This document shows, in pieces, positions 14,794 to 28,221 of a DNA stretch of 64,000 bases. The translations under genes and the position numbers were made by a program. The stretch spans positions 1,178,001 through 1,242,000 of the forward strand of contig CM068761.1 of NCBI GenBank assembly GCA_035084275.1, read 5' to 3'. The number at the start of each line of letters is the position of its first letter. Within the stretch, counting starts at the first letter, position 1. This stretch comes from Hydrolagus colliei (lineage: Eukaryota). The notes beneath the pieces are model-generated. The model was given only the letters and a program-made list of their open reading frames with translations, was not told the DNA's origin and did no database searches.

Positions 14794-16714
14794 ATCGCTG
14801 TTTTTAAAAGCTTAGAAATATTGTGAGCTTCAGTTGTTAAAAGTCCAGAGAACAGTGGCACCTTGTACGGTATCTGTTATACCCACCATGCTTTGCTTTA
14901 GTGAGTTTAATATACAAGATATTAACCTTTGTGCCAACCTGCATCTGCTCATAGGTGACGAAAGTTGTTAAAACCACCACACGACGCACCTACCCCCCAG
15001 TAGCGGTCACGCAGCCCAAGGCTCAGTCAGTCACTCTGGATGTTGACCCAGTAATTCACCATCTTTTGAAAAGGGAATTTTGCCTTCAGTGTGTTTCTCT
15101 GCGTGCTTATTAATCCTCCTGGGTTGAGGGATGTCACAATATCTTTGAAATCATTTTTATTTATCCTGCAATCAATTTCAACAAATTTAAGACTATTTTG
15201 GGGATGTTGTAGCATTGCTAGTGCATCAATTTTAATTTTCCATCCAAAAATTCTGTGGTGTCCCTAACTGGAATGTTTTTGTGCTTCTAACATCTGTCTG
15301 GTTTGCACTGATAAACTAACGTGTGTTTTTAATATGGTTGGAAAGAGCAAATTGTGGTAAGTGATTGCCGTTTCTTTAGACGTGCGGACCGAATTCTGAC
15401 TTCTGAAATGATCCTTGCCTGTACTAACAGCTGAGCAGATGGGATGTTGCTCAGTTTACCTGCTGCATGTTTACCTTGTTGAGTGGTCGCTGTGTTTCAT
15501 GGTATGCTGGGCAGCGGATCAGAGCTCAGTTTGTTTGGTGTGCACACGGACAGCATTTGAACAGTGCAACCGTGTATGAGCAACTATAAAATATGTATGA
15601 TTCTGTACGCGTTGAGTAGAGTTTGATATTTGCAGGAGCAGGGAATCCAGTGTCACGTTCTGTTTTTCCCACAGTTTAGTGACCTCCCACTCCTTCAGTG
15701 ACCTTGGAGAGACTGCAGATTTAAACTGTTCAAATGACATTTAAAAAAAAAGCCGTGTTCTTTTAATAGTCAGTCCTCTTGAATATGTGGTTTGTTTGTG
15801 ACCAATAGAGCGATGAGCTGTTCTGGCGGTAGCTAATGCTTTTGATCTGGCTGATTTGAAGTCACCGGTATTCATATTTGGGGTTTTGCTGTTTGGGGAA
15901 AAAGTGATTGGTTTGCAAGAAGCTGAATAAATTACACTTTTTTTTGTGCAACAGTTATTTTAGATTCTTCTATTCAGCAACGTTTCATTGTGCCCACTGA
16001 AATTGGCGATAATACATTGATTGTCTTCATTGCATGTTTCAGGATGGGTAATGACAAACCTTGATTTGGCCATATTGGAAATAATTTATTTGAAGACTCA
16101 ATGTGCTTTTGTGCAGAATAATTCTATTCAAACTTGTAAAATTAACGTTTAAGGAAAACACTGAGTCTGTGCATGCTGAGAGGTAGATGATTGAAAACTA
16201 AAATGGATTACAAGTTTTTTTTTAAAAATCTGCTTCAAATATTTCTGGATAATGATTGAGACAGTTTTGTACGAGTACTCACATCAAAGAGCTTTTCCAT
16301 TATTAAATCCAGATTTGAATCCATTCTTTTTGTTAGCGTGTATGAAACTTTGAAATTATTTTATCATCTGCTGCCAATCAGATGTCTGATTTCATTTGGA
16401 CCAAGTTCCTTCCCAAAACATGCATCTGTGTGTAAATATCACTGCAGCACTAAAGTGTGTTTAAAATAAATTGCAACATAACCAGCAATAGGAAATACAT
16501 TTTATTCAGTAATACAGCAGAGGCTAATTTGGAATCTGCGGGGTTATATACAGTTTGCGTTCAGATTTATTTCATTTTGAATAGCGCCTACATAAACACT
16601 TTTACAATAGGTATTGTAATAGTTTTTTTTGTAGTGGTGAAGCATGAGCTGCAGATCACTCTTTGTAAAGAAGTAAACTACAAATATTTGGATTAAATTT
16701 TCATGCGTACATAG

Positions 16715-17020
16715 AGCATTATTTGGTGCTTGTGTATTGCGATGATTGTATTTTCGGGCGGGGTGAAACCTTAGGCAAGTTTTCTTACACCACGTGCCTG
16801 TGTTTACCTATCAATAAGTAGGAATATCCAATTCATAGTCCATTCGAATAACACTTTCTGGGAGTGATATTCCCCCCAAAAAAATGCAGTCACTCAATCA
16901 CTGTGCGCAATTAGCTGCAGGGTTTCTTCCAAGCACAGTCACTCCACTTTATAGTGGAGATGTCTTTGAGATGTCTCAATAACATAAGGCGCCTTATCAA
17001 ATGCAAGGATTATTATTGTA
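16715..17020 (+). mobile_element. tRNA-derived SINE, degraded long variant
   Basis: gaaaccttaggcaagttttcttacaccac...ctgtgcgcaattagctgc...tatcaaatgcaaggattatt. Confidence 0.75.
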
Positions 17021-17225
17021 TTATTAATACTTGTGTGTGCTATTCCAAAGTTTCTATTTTCATTGTGTATATAATTTGTGTAATATAATTTCCATGGACT
17101 ATCCTTTCATCGGACCCTTATTAGTATTTTGGTCAATGAAAGAAAGGAAGGCACTAACTTGACTGACTCTGGTTGTGTGCAGTACAAAATTGCTACTCTC
17201 ATTAACACCATTTGCACGTTTCTAG

Positions 17226-17818
17226 GTGACTAAAGTGGTTAAAACCGTAACCACTAGAACTGTCCGCCAGGTGCCGCTGGGACCGGATGGTTTGCCTACC
17301 GGAGGATCCTCCCCCGCCGGCAGCTACACAGACTCCATCGATCGGAGATACATGAAAAACGGAGAGCGCTACATCACCCCCCAGGCCAATTCCACGCTAC
17401 CCAGAGGCTACAACAATTACATGGATTCCTACGAGAACCACCACGACCAGTACCGCATGTTCCCGGGCCAGGACGGCTTTGCGGACGTGTCTGATAACTA
17501 CGGCAGCCTGTCACGAGGAGTTCACTACTACCCTCGCTATCCTTACGTGCCACGTGATTACAGACCGGAGGAAAGCTACACGCTGCCCACGAGGAAGAAG
17601 TACGCCCAACCACAGGTCCAGGCCGATGGGAATATCGATCTGAACCGATCGCAACCAGAACGCTTCCAGCCGGAGCCTTACGGCCTGGAGGACGACCACA
17701 GAAGCCTGGGGCCCGATGACGACGGGTATGAATTGGATGCGGATGCAGAGCCCGAACCAGATTACTCCACAGCCAATCGCAGGTTACCTCCGGGGGCGGA
17801 CGGAAGGAGACACAGGAG
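17226..17818 (+). CDS. ARVCF: ARVCF coding exon, N-terminal regulatory/phosphorylation region
   Basis: Acceptor ttctag|GTG and donor AG|gtaagg. VTKVVKTVTTRTVRQVPLGPDGLP...PERFQPEPYGLEDDHRSL are p120/ARVCF family motifs. Ends in phase 2, matching the next exon. Confidence 0.95.
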
Positions 17819-19588
17819 GTAAGGAGTGGACAGTCCTTAAATGGTTCAAATAGGTTTTAATTTCATAAATGGTGGGGCTGAAAGACGAGAGAAAGAAATA
17901 TTCCTGCAATTATTACTTGTAAACAACAACAACTTGCCTGTATCTAGTACCCGTCATTCCGGGCTGAGTCTCGGAGCCCTGACCATTGGTATCTTCAAGC
18001 AACGTTCAAAAAACGCTCAGCAGACAACCCAACTGGAATTATAATTCATTGTTGGTTTAGCCATCATTGCCACAACATGCTCCCATTGGGTTAATACAGG
18101 CCTACATTTATCTTCCTCTGAATTTACTAAAAGAAAAATCAATTGACTGGGCCAATTATTAACAAATCCTAATCCAATCGCCTGGGACATCCTCCTGAAA
18201 AGTGTCATACAAGTGTAATTTTGTTATTGTTTAAAGAATATAAACAGTAAAATTCCACATGGGATTAGATTTACTCTATTAATGTGCATTTCATGGTTTG
18301 CCCAAGCCAGTTTTGACTTTGAACCCGGTATTCTATTGAATTACAGAAAGCCTGCTTCAAAATTAGACTTTTGACAAATCCGGGAGCGTCTGAAATGTTA
18401 CCTTAATGGAGTAAATCCACACCCAGATGCAGTTTCTATTCCAATTATGCCGACTGTAAAACTTGATTATTCAAATCCACAACAATTGTAGAACAGTGCA
18501 TGTTCTTCACGTTTTACAACACTCAGCTCTGTATTGCTTCATTATAATCTCTGAAAAAGCTCTTCAACTGACTGGAAGCTGAGCAGTCAGTTTTTTTTAA
18601 AAAAAGGATAGCTGGTGATTTGAATGTAAATTCAGAGAAGAGGGTTGGATGCGGGAGCAAATCTCATGTCTCTATTTCTCTGATGAATGCCAAGGGTGCT
18701 GTTGTCTGACCGGCACCTATCAACATAATGTTTATGTCTTGAAGCAAACTCAGACCACGTAAGACGATTTGTTGCCCTCGTTTCCTTAAGCAAAAGATTT
18801 GTTATATGAAGGCAGCATGCGTTTAGCAGAGTTATAGCATTATCTAGCACAGTTATGGAATAATTTGCTGGGATAATGAACTTTTATTTAAAACTGCTTC
18901 ATATTGTGCAGTGGTTGAGAACAACAGGATACTGACTATACATGTAAAAGTTTGGTTCATCACATCACTTCAAAGTAAAATTCTGAACAACATGGCATCA
19001 AAGCAGATGAGCTTTTGGCAGGAAAAATTGAGGAAAAGATGATGGTTTCCTTAGCTTTACCAGTTGTTTATCCTGCACATAGCCAACAACAGAACAGTTG
19101 GTGACTTACCATGAATTCCTACTGCTTATACTTTTATCAGTTTGTCCTTGCAAAAGTTAAAAGGGGCTGAATGTTGTACTTGAACGCATTCAGCTTTTGC
19201 ATTTCTTCCAGGAAGGGTCAAAGAAATTTTAGCCTTGAACCCATGACATATATCTTCTAGTTCCTTAGGTTGAAAATAGCAGAACACTTTGATTTGAACA
19301 GCTGACCCACACACTGGCACCGTTAGATTCTTCCTGTTCTTATATTTAGAATATCGTAACTTGGCATTTTTACTTCCCGTCGCCCGAGTTCAAATCTAAG
19401 ATCACGTCCAAACAACTGGAGTAAACCCAGGGGGACAATTGGTCTGACACCTGTTCAGAAAGTAACTCCATTTAGGTCCCGCTGATGTCCTGTTTTATCA
19501 GGTGGGGCTGACCATCAATTTGTCACCCTTCTTGTTCGAGCCTGGTTTTGACATTTTGGGCTGGTGACTGCTCATTATGGTACTATGT

Positions 19589-19933
19589 GGAGCTCCTTCG
19601 GCTCAGAGGTTAGAGCGCTTGTCTTGCATGCTGGGTAGACCAAGCTGGGGAGACCTGTGTTCCAATCCAGGCAGGTCAGGGCGAAACCTTGGGCAAGTTT
19701 CCTTACTCCACACGCCTAATATAATCCCTCCAAAAAACCCCACAATAATAAAATTGGTCATTTCAATCCACGACTGTGTGTGGGGGACGCTGCTGTGCTC
19801 AATTGGCTGCCGCGATTCATCCACAAATATATATACACAGTCAATTCACTTTACAGTATATTCTGTGAAGCGCTTTGGGACATCGATGAGATGTGAAAAG
19901 CCACTATATCAAATGCAAGGATTATTATTATTA
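19589..19933 (+). mobile_element. tRNA-derived SINE, full length, short variant
   Basis: ggagctccttcggctcagaggttagagcg...caggcaggtcagggcgaaaccttgggcaagtttcc...tatatcaaatgcaaggattattattatt. Confidence 0.92.
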
Positions 19934-21289
19934 ATATACGGTTGTGGGGTAGGACTTGGATGCAAATGAGTGTCAGTCGACTGGGATAATTGAAGAACCG
20001 CGTTAGGCTTTGCCTAATGCTCATTGTTATTGACTCTTCATCTCGCCCTGGCTGCCTGCTGAGAACATAGCTTTTGGGCAAGCAGATTGTATGACTTGAA
20101 ACAGTTTGGTAGGAAGAGGTTTGGGAATAAGATGCTTGTTGATTCTCTTCTGATGCCACAGAGAGAGAGAGAGAGAAATCCCAACTGGTGGTGCTGGAAT
20201 AGACAAAAGTGGATCAATCATCTTTCCCGATGACCCTATCTGTGCTTCGGAGATATTTTCCTCATGTACGAGTAATACGGATCTGATCTCATCGCCGCAG
20301 GAGCGAGAGCTGCACAGCTGTGGGTCAGGTTTAATATCTGCCTCCCGCGTATTGTTAGACAGTCTGGCTGTTGAAGGGATTTCTATCTATGGAGGTTTTG
20401 CTCATTGTAGTGTAGTAGATACTTTGGAAAGCTAGTTCAAAGCCTTATAATGCAGAGTGAATGATTCCTTAGGATCGAGCTCAGTTGGTACTCATTACGT
20501 AGACGTTTTAGTGCTGACATTTTCCTGCTTTTACTCCATACCTCCATATTGTAAGACTCCACGTGCCATTGCCCTAAGACTTACTCGGAGAATATCTTGT
20601 GTTGCCAGTCTACCTCCTGTAGGAAAAGAACCGGGGAGTATTGCTGGCCATGTCAGTGTAGATCTGAAAGGCCGACTGGATGTCACTAATGTCGATGGCA
20701 TTTATCTTGGAACAAGTGGGATTTGTTAGGTTACACATATTCTTTCACTATACAGGAACTCTTTCTTTTGAAGACGGCCACCGTACAAGTTAAGCAACCT
20801 TTTGTAACCTTTAAATGTTGCATTAGGAGGTCCTTTTTGTGAGAGGGAAAGGGTAAAGTAGTCCACTGGGCCATCACGAAAGGTTGGAATTTTTTTGGTT
20901 CAGTCCTGAATGTGGTGAGGAATTGGGGGAGAGAATACTTAAAATTCCACACCCCTGTCATGTTCTAGTTCTCTATGAAATACAACAGCTATGATAACCT
21001 TTGTTACCAATTGACTTGTGAATTAAATTTTGTTTAGGATAAGGAAGTAGAATGTACGAACGGTAATGTTATATTGTGTGAAATATTCCTTTAGATGTAT
21101 ATTTTGTTTGCCAAAGCTTGTGCTTCTCCATTTTGGAGAATGGAGAAGGAGATTGAGGAGCTTGGCTGGCTACTGAATAAGATGGCTGGTGTTTGTCAGT
21201 TCATGTTAAAGCCAATGTTTGGGATGTAACTGAAGGCCATGTCTCTTGTTTCCCTTAAATCTCTCACAACCTTTTTTGTTTAATCAACA

Positions 21290-21392
21290 CCAATTATACA
21301 GTCGATTCACTTCTCAGTATATTCTGTGCAGCGCTTCGAGGCGTCTCAAAGACGGAATAAGGCGCCATGTCAAATACAAGTATTGTTATTAA
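21290..21392 (+). mobile_element. SINE 3' tail fragment (a second tail remnant lies near 21790-21850)
   Basis: tacagtcgattcacttctcagtatattctgtgcagcgcttcgagg...tcaaatacaagtattgttatt. Confidence 0.7.
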
Positions 21393-23365
21393 TCACTATT
21401 GTCAGTGCAACATTTAATTAGTCCCACTCCAAATTGGTTGTAACCATGGCATTGGGAACAGAGCTATGGTACATGTTTGTTGTGGAGGCAAAACAAAGCT
21501 ATTCAGATTGGGGGTTTTGGGGAGGTTTGTAGACAAAGAAGAGAATCTGTTTTCACTGCAATGTTATTCCTCTACAGATGTTTTGTGCCAGTCATTGGTG
21601 GGTTTGGTGGTAATTTGGAATATTTAACACACTCTTATTAATTACAGCATGTCAATCTGTTTTATCAAAACATTGACTAAATAGGCCGGCATTAAAAATC
21701 AATTATACATTTTAATTGAGGGTAAAAATGCCATCAATGTATTCAGTTGACTTTAAATTGAGTTAACAGTCTGATGTTATCATGTATTCGTATTATGCGC
21801 TCTGAGACGCTCGAAGACGTGATACGACATATATCAAATGCAAGGATTTATTTTAAATAGATCTTGTCCATTGTTCAGATGTAATTTACATGCTGCAGCA
21901 CATCTACAGATGAAATAGTAATATTTCATGTTTTAATTTCTGCTCTCCAGTGCCTGACCAAATGATCTCCAAGATGGCATGTAATTACCAAGATAACTAC
22001 ATCTTTAATATTCATCTGCATGTGTGAATATCCAGTCAAGGACAGTTGGATTTTGCTTCTCCGTAATCTTTATACCCTTAAACGCTCAAGATGATGAAGG
22101 GGATTGAATTAAGATTTAAGTACCCTAGAGAAGGAGTTTAGACATTGGGAAGTTGGGAATGAATGGAGGACAAATGAATATGAAGGTTGGAACTTGACTC
22201 AAAAACATTTGATGTGACTTTGATAAAATAGCTCAATGCTCTAAATAAGGATGTAGATTTTGAAAGGATGAGATCAAATGGGTCAAAACTCCTTTGTCCT
22301 AACATCTCTTGTGATCTTAACATAGTTCCTGGCTTCCTTAATAGATTCTGGCTTGTTAGATAGGAATGTTTTGAAATGTTCCATTTATTTGTTTCTAATT
22401 TGCTGATTTGATTAAGAAGACTATGGTTCAGGAATAAACTGGACAAAGTAATGTGTTTAAAATGGATTTCACGTGTCTTCCTCAATAGTAATATAGTCAA
22501 GGACATTCAGCTGGTAAATAGCCAAGCGCAGTATCACTTAAAACATGCCATTACTATAAAAGAGTTGTGTAATAGTTCCCAACTGAACTAATGTGAGTAC
22601 GTAGTTCAATACAATAGTAGATAACGTGAGCAGTTCAATAAGTGTTGTGCTTGAATGATTGTATCAGTATATTTTATCATACTCACCACCAGCATAATAT
22701 AACAACTAAGACAGATCAGCACTAAATTGCATCCCACCAGGTTTAATGTGTAGTTTGTAAGATATAGAATAAATGTACTTGGCTCACTTCTTCGGGAGTG
22801 TACAAAGCAATGTTAATTTCAAACAGTGTGTATTGACTGCAGTGAGATAGTGAGCAGAAGGAATTCTCTAGTGAGTACTTAACAGTTTGGGTTACTCCCT
22901 GAAACCTACTGGGAAGAAATGATCACATTTTTTCTTGCTGTTTTTCATTTGTTTGTTTCCTTCGCTTTGCCTCTGCAGCTACTGAACTGCTTCAGAGGCT
23001 TGTGTTATTAGGAGGAGTTGGACATGACTGGAATGGTACCAGCAGAGTTCACTTGATCTTCCAAGTAAACAAAGTCTTGTTCTTGTTCTTCAGCAAGGAG
23101 GCCCAATTTGATCATGAAAAACAAATCTAATTTAGAACATTGCTACAAGATTTTCACAAGAGTTTGAAGATGCAGCTAAACAGTCCTCAGCATTACCCAT
23201 CTTCTCATATTAAATGGTTGCCATCTATCTCCACATTGTTATACTCTTGCTGTTATTTTGCAAAAAAAAATACATCTTGCAAACCAGAAAGTCTTTTTGT
23301 TCTGTTATGCTATTACTCATTGTTTTTGTAAAGTCCACTTATTTCCTTGACGAAAGGTTTTATAA

Positions 23366-23678
23366 TATAATAATAATCCTTGCATTTGATATGGCGCTTT
23401 TCTTGTCTTCGAGAGATCTGAAAGCGCTTCACAGAATATACAGAAAAGTGAATTGATTGTATATTTGTGGGTGAAACACAGCAGCGTATAGCAGTGTCCC
23501 GCAAACAGTCGTGAATTGAAATGACCAATTTTATTATTGTGGTTTTTTTTGGAAGGATTATTATTAGGCGTGTGGAGTAAGGAAACTTGCCCAAGGTTTC
23601 GCCCTGACCTGCCTGGATTCAAAACACAGGTCTCGCGCTTGTAAGGTTTATGCTCTATCCACCGCACTACAGGACTCC
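23366..23678 (-). mobile_element. tRNA-derived SINE, full length, short variant, antisense, about 120 nt upstream of an exon
   Basis: Reverse complement of the family consensus, from taataatccttgcatttgatat to actacaggactcc. Confidence 0.92.
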
Positions 23679-23797
23679 ACAGGTTTTATTTGAATGCTAA
23701 AGAAAACTACAGATTGGAGTTCAACTTTATCTGTAAGAGGGGGAGAGCGAGGAAAAATACCTGATTTAATTCCCACCCCCTTATCCCTGTTTTTCAG

Positions 23798-24297
23798 AGG
23801 TTATGAAGATCCCATTGAAGCGGAGATCATTGAGGATCGGATGCCTTACCTGGCCGGGGTGTACAATGCGCCATTAGCTCGGCCAGAGGGAGGGAGCCTG
23901 GCCAGCCTAGATCGGCTGGGAAGGCGCTCGCCATCCATCGACAGCATGCGGAAAGACCCCAGGTGGCGAGACCCCGATCTGCCCGAAGTTATCGCGATGC
24001 TCAGTCATCACCTGGACCCAGTGAAGTCCAACGCCGCTGCCTACCTACAGCATCTGTGCTACGAGAACGACAAACTGAAGAAGGAGGTCCGACACCTGAA
24101 GGGCATCCCCATTCTGGTGGGGCTGCTCGACCACCCCAAACCAGATGTCCACCGGCGAGCGTGTGGGGCCCTCAGAAACATCTCGTACGGCAAAGATCAT
24201 GACAATAAAGTGGCCATCAAGAATTGTGATGGAATTCCTGCCTTGGTGAGATTGCTGAGGAAGACAAACGACATGGAAGTTAGAGAACTCATCACAG
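23798..24297 (+). CDS. ARVCF: ARVCF coding exon, first armadillo repeats; ends at a GC donor
   Basis: Acceptor ttttcag|A. Encodes [27 protein letters not shown]...[14 protein letters not shown]...[11 protein letters not shown]...VRELITG. The donor G|gcaagt is required to join in frame to GTLWNLSS. Confidence 0.95.
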
Positions 24298-24439
24298 GCA
24301 AGTACTGTACACCGACATTCAGGGCCGACACTAACTCTTGTATTGTTCAGAATGAACAGCGCTGGATAAGGTGCTGTATTAGTCATTAAGCAGCACAATG
24401 TGACGTTCCCAAGTGTTACATCAATTTTTGCTTCATTAC

Positions 24440-24560
24440 TGTAGAGATGGCAGCATCGGAGAAGGCCAATAGGGCCACTGAGTGGACACTGACCCAATGT
24501 GGGACTTGAACCCAGAACCTTCTGACTTGGGAGGCGAGAGAGCTGGCTACAAACTAAATC
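24440..24560 (-). mobile_element. Older tRNA-SINE head fragment (SacSINE1-like)
   Basis: gtgggacttgaacccagaaccttctgact is the reverse complement of a B-box head, agtcagaaggttctgggttcaagtcccac. Confidence 0.5.
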
Positions 24561-24724
24561 AAGCTATCTGGATTTGCAAAGCTTCCGTTCAGGACTTTGC
24601 CGCCCAGACTTTGCCTCTTTGCCTTCCACACATCTCACAGTTGTTTATTTGAATAAAAGGAGAAAAACATTTTGATCACATTTAAAAATAAATACATATA
24701 AAAACAGTAGTGATAAGTCCATAT

Positions 24725-24771
24725 GCTCCTAAATTTAAAGCATGGATTCCACATGCTTTAAATTTAGGAGC
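24725..24771. repeat. Perfect 20-bp inverted repeat with 7-nt loop
   Basis: gctcctaaatttaaagcatg-gattcca-catgctttaaatttaggagc. Confidence 0.95.
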
Positions 24772-25494
24772 TCAGCTTCATGTTTAATCCTGCTAGACTA
24801 GACTTATCTCGCTTGTCGTAGTGAAAGCAGATGATGATTTGAGTAATGATACGCAGACTGTTCACGTTGTAAAACTCGTGGCCTCTGCGTGTGGATGTTT
24901 CCTTTACGCAAGGCTGCTTTGGACAGGGGTGGGGGGAGTTGGTGGATGGGGAGGCAAACAAAATATGAATGGCAGAGTTTACAAGGATCATGTTTCACAG
25001 AATGGAATGAAAGCTGCATGGCGTTTTGTAAACTGGGCCATTTGAGGTGGGTGGGAGGGGAGAGAAACAACTTACTACAACAAGTATCCAGATGAGATGA
25101 GTAATGCCAGATTTAAGCTATAATCAAAATGGCCATAATTTCAGTTTTGCACAAAGACCCAACCTAAGGATTAAAAATAGATTTTATGTTGCTGGAATTC
25201 AAATTTTCTTCCTGGAATTGGGGCATCTGTTTGTGTGGAATCCATGGCTGGCATCTCATGTTCTTATTAAGCAGGATTATGAGCACATATTATGCTATTT
25301 TTATTTCCAACTACTGTAGTACATTTTTTATATAAAAGTATATTTTGTTAACCTTGGAGGAAAAGAGGCTGAAGTAAAATCCTTTATTCCTCTCCATAAT
25401 GCACATATGATTTGTATCCAATAGTCAACATCTCGAACAATAAATCACACTTGCATTAGCACCTTTCACATAGGATAATATGTAAAATAATAAT

Positions 25495-25685
25495 TTCAAT
25501 TTTAATAATAATTTGGTCACACAATCTAGGACTGTTTGTATTAATCTGCTGTGTGTAATTGGCTGCCAAATTTTGCCCACAAAATATGCTGTCAATTTAC
25601 AGGGTATTGTGTGAGGTATTTTGAGACGTCTCAAAGATGTGATAAGGCTCTATATCAAATGCAAGGTTTATTATTATTATTATTA
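25495..25685 (+). mobile_element. SINE, 5'-truncated
   Basis: aatttggtcac...ctgctgtgtgtaattggctgcc...ctatatcaaatgcaaggtttattattattattatt. Confidence 0.85.
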
Positions 25686-25990
25686 GAATGGCTCCTAGGC
25701 ATTTTACATTGCTGTGTCTGAACTGGGTTAGGGACGTGAGAGACAGGAGGGAGGTGGTCGGAGATTGGTCTTCAGACAGGTTTAGAAAGCTGTTTGGAAT
25801 TGTGTAGGGTAAGGCGATGGAGGCAGGAAAACACGAGGACCTTTTAGACTTCTGGGTGGGGAGGAGATTCATTATGTGTCACACAGGCTCGGACCGAGCG
25901 ACTGGGGAGGTCGGTATGCTTGGCTGAATTGAGGTGGTGCTGCCTGGAGACAAGCAGGAGAGTCTGACATTGTTCACTTTGAGTTGCCAA
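25686..25990 (-). mobile_element. Degraded L2-type LINE reverse-transcriptase fragment
   Basis: The minus-strand translation ...NLLPTQKSK...SNVKCLGAIL resembles the L2 RT segment ending VRNLGVIL. Confidence 0.4.
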
Positions 25991-26857
25991 AGGCAGTCAC
26001 AACATTGTTTTATGATTTATTGTGGCACTTCATAGGTCCATTCATCATGTTAAATCATCCATCTGTTTCAGTCATTTGTTAATAGTATACCTTTAAAATG
26101 GTGGTTATAAATATTAGCAACATTGGATTTTGGGAAGAAGAACACTTTCCTTTGGGTGCAGTCTTTGTCGTTGCACAGACTGAAAGATCCTGGCCCCAGA
26201 TAGTGTTCAGGATTTTAAAGCTTTGTTCATTTCACTCTTTCTTCCTTCTGCCATTTCCTAGCCCAGCTTCCAAGCTATATCATCTTTTTTTTTCTCCTTT
26301 GAACATGTTGTATTGCAGGTTGAGGTTTTCCTTCTGTCTGTGATTTACTGAGTTGAGGGTAATGTTTTATTCTTTGCCGATCGGAGTCTGTTTGAGATTT
26401 AAAAAAAACTAAATTTTAAAGGAAAGGGGTTATTTTTTCCCTGCTTGCTTCTCTGAAAGAAAAATGGATTTTAATGTCAACTCTAAAACCCTGATTTACT
26501 ACAACATTTTGGCCCGCAGTGTGAGAGGAATCAGATGACTGTTTGAAAAGGTTTTTCATCATAGCTAATGTAATTTGATTCCTCCGCAGTTGTCTGTTAA
26601 CATATGTATAACAAATCTTTTTGTTAGCTGGCATGTGTATAAGTAAAGATTAATCTCAAAAGAGAATCCGAGAGCAAAAAAAAAGCTTGAATTTGATTGA
26701 GAGTAAAGGAGTCGGTGCTGGCTAGATTATGCATTAAATATTTTATCAAACATGGATAGTTTTCTCCCTGGTAAACTTCTGCAATGTCTTTTAGGGAAGG
26801 GTGGATTAAGGCGTGAGCAGTGAGGTTCTGATCTCTCTATTTCCAAATGCTCTTCCA

Positions 26858-26890
26858 TCTCTCTAACTACAACATTTGTAGTTAGAGAGA
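26858..26890. repeat. Perfect 15-bp palindrome with 3-nt loop
   Basis: tctctctaactacaa-cat-ttgtagttagagaga. Confidence 0.9.
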
Positions 26891-28037
26891 GATTACTTTG
26901 GTGGTTCCTGATTTAAGGTCTCTAGCAGAGGAGCAGAACTACATAAGAGCAAACTGAGTGCTTAGCACAGCAAAAAACATTCATTCGGCTTCTTGCGAGT
27001 TTTGGAGGAGACCAGAAGACTTACAGTGTACCCTAGGCTTCAGTGAGTCAGGATAATTGAGGTGTGTTGGAAGATTCCCACAGTAGCATTGGGTCACAAG
27101 GCATAAAGTTAAGTAGAGCTGAAGTGTAAGACTATTAAGTTATTGATGCCCTGTTGACTACCTTTTTATCGATGCCACCATCTCTGACCCCCACATGTGA
27201 ACCCACTGAAGTAAAATTGTAAGTTGGAGGAATGCTTTTAACTAAACGCTTTTTAACTTTCTAGTTCGAAAATGATATTTATCTTTATTTATCAAACAGA
27301 AGGATTTTTTTTGTATCCCTGTCAAGTGAGCAAATAGAGTATTTTTGAGACACATTCTTGGTCCAAAGAGTTTTACAGTTGAAAATAGCTGCCCCGTTTG
27401 ACAGTTTTCACCTGTAGATTGTTTTGATGTAGTTCAGCTTGAGTCGATGCCGTACAAATGCCATTTTTTAAATCTTGCTTTATAAGAGCAAAGAGTGTCT
27501 GACCTCGGCTCTGTCCACTTCTGTTTTGCCACTCTAGCAAATCTGAGATTTTCAGAGGAGATTAATGAACGAGTTAAAACCCATCCATTAACGGGCAAAA
27601 ACTTTAATGAGGTAATGTTTCTGAAAGCAGTCAGTGTAGAGGAGATAGAGAGGGATGAAAGGAGAAAGGACATCAAGACTGAATACCTTCCCCTGCGACT
27701 GTGCTTACTCTCGCTCCCCCTCCCCCCCGGCTCCGTGTCAGACTCCGCTACTGTTAAGCGTTCTGGGGCTCTGCGCTATATCAGTGCAAGTTGTTGTTGA
27801 ATTGGGTTACAAATGTCACGTCCCAAAGCGATGCTGTTGGTAACAGCTTCTCTGTATTTGATGTATTTCAATGACGTTTGTGGTTGAAATACACTCGGGT
27901 AGATTCATATATTTAAATAAAATCACAGTGCAGGTGCAGAATCATGGTGCAGAATTTAATGAAGAGTTTGAAATAGCACACCCACTGTTGTGTTAGTATG
28001 TAATCTGTTTTTATTTCTTGTGTGTGTGCGTGTGCAG

Positions 28038-28221
28038 GAACCCTGTGGAACCTGTCTTCCTACGAACCCCTCAAAATAGTGATAATTAATCACGGGCTGC
28101 AGACGCTCACAAGCGAGGTCATCATCCCCCACTCCGGCTGGGAGACCGAGCCCAACGAGGATTCCAAGCCCCGCGATGCCGAGTGGACAACTGTCTTCAA
28201 GAACACGTCTGGCTGCCTCAG
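28038..28221 (+). CDS. ARVCF: ARVCF coding exon, ARM repeats
   Basis: gtgcag|GA ... AG|gtgggt. Encodes TLWNLSSYEPLKIVIINHGLQTLTSEVIIPHSGWETEPNEDSKPRDAEWTTVFKNTSGCLR. Confidence 0.96.

Noticed and set aside
19577-19969. Recurrent ORFs sharing NPGRSGRNLGQVS...IHFTVYSVKRF...YQMQGLLL (also 23317, 39536, 61405)
   Set aside because: They are translations of SINE copies with inconsistent frames and stops, not a protein family.
22140-22330. Possible CR1 3'-end remnant (similar hint at 51350-51430)
   Set aside because: Resemblance is limited to short tail-like words, too weak to call without a database search.
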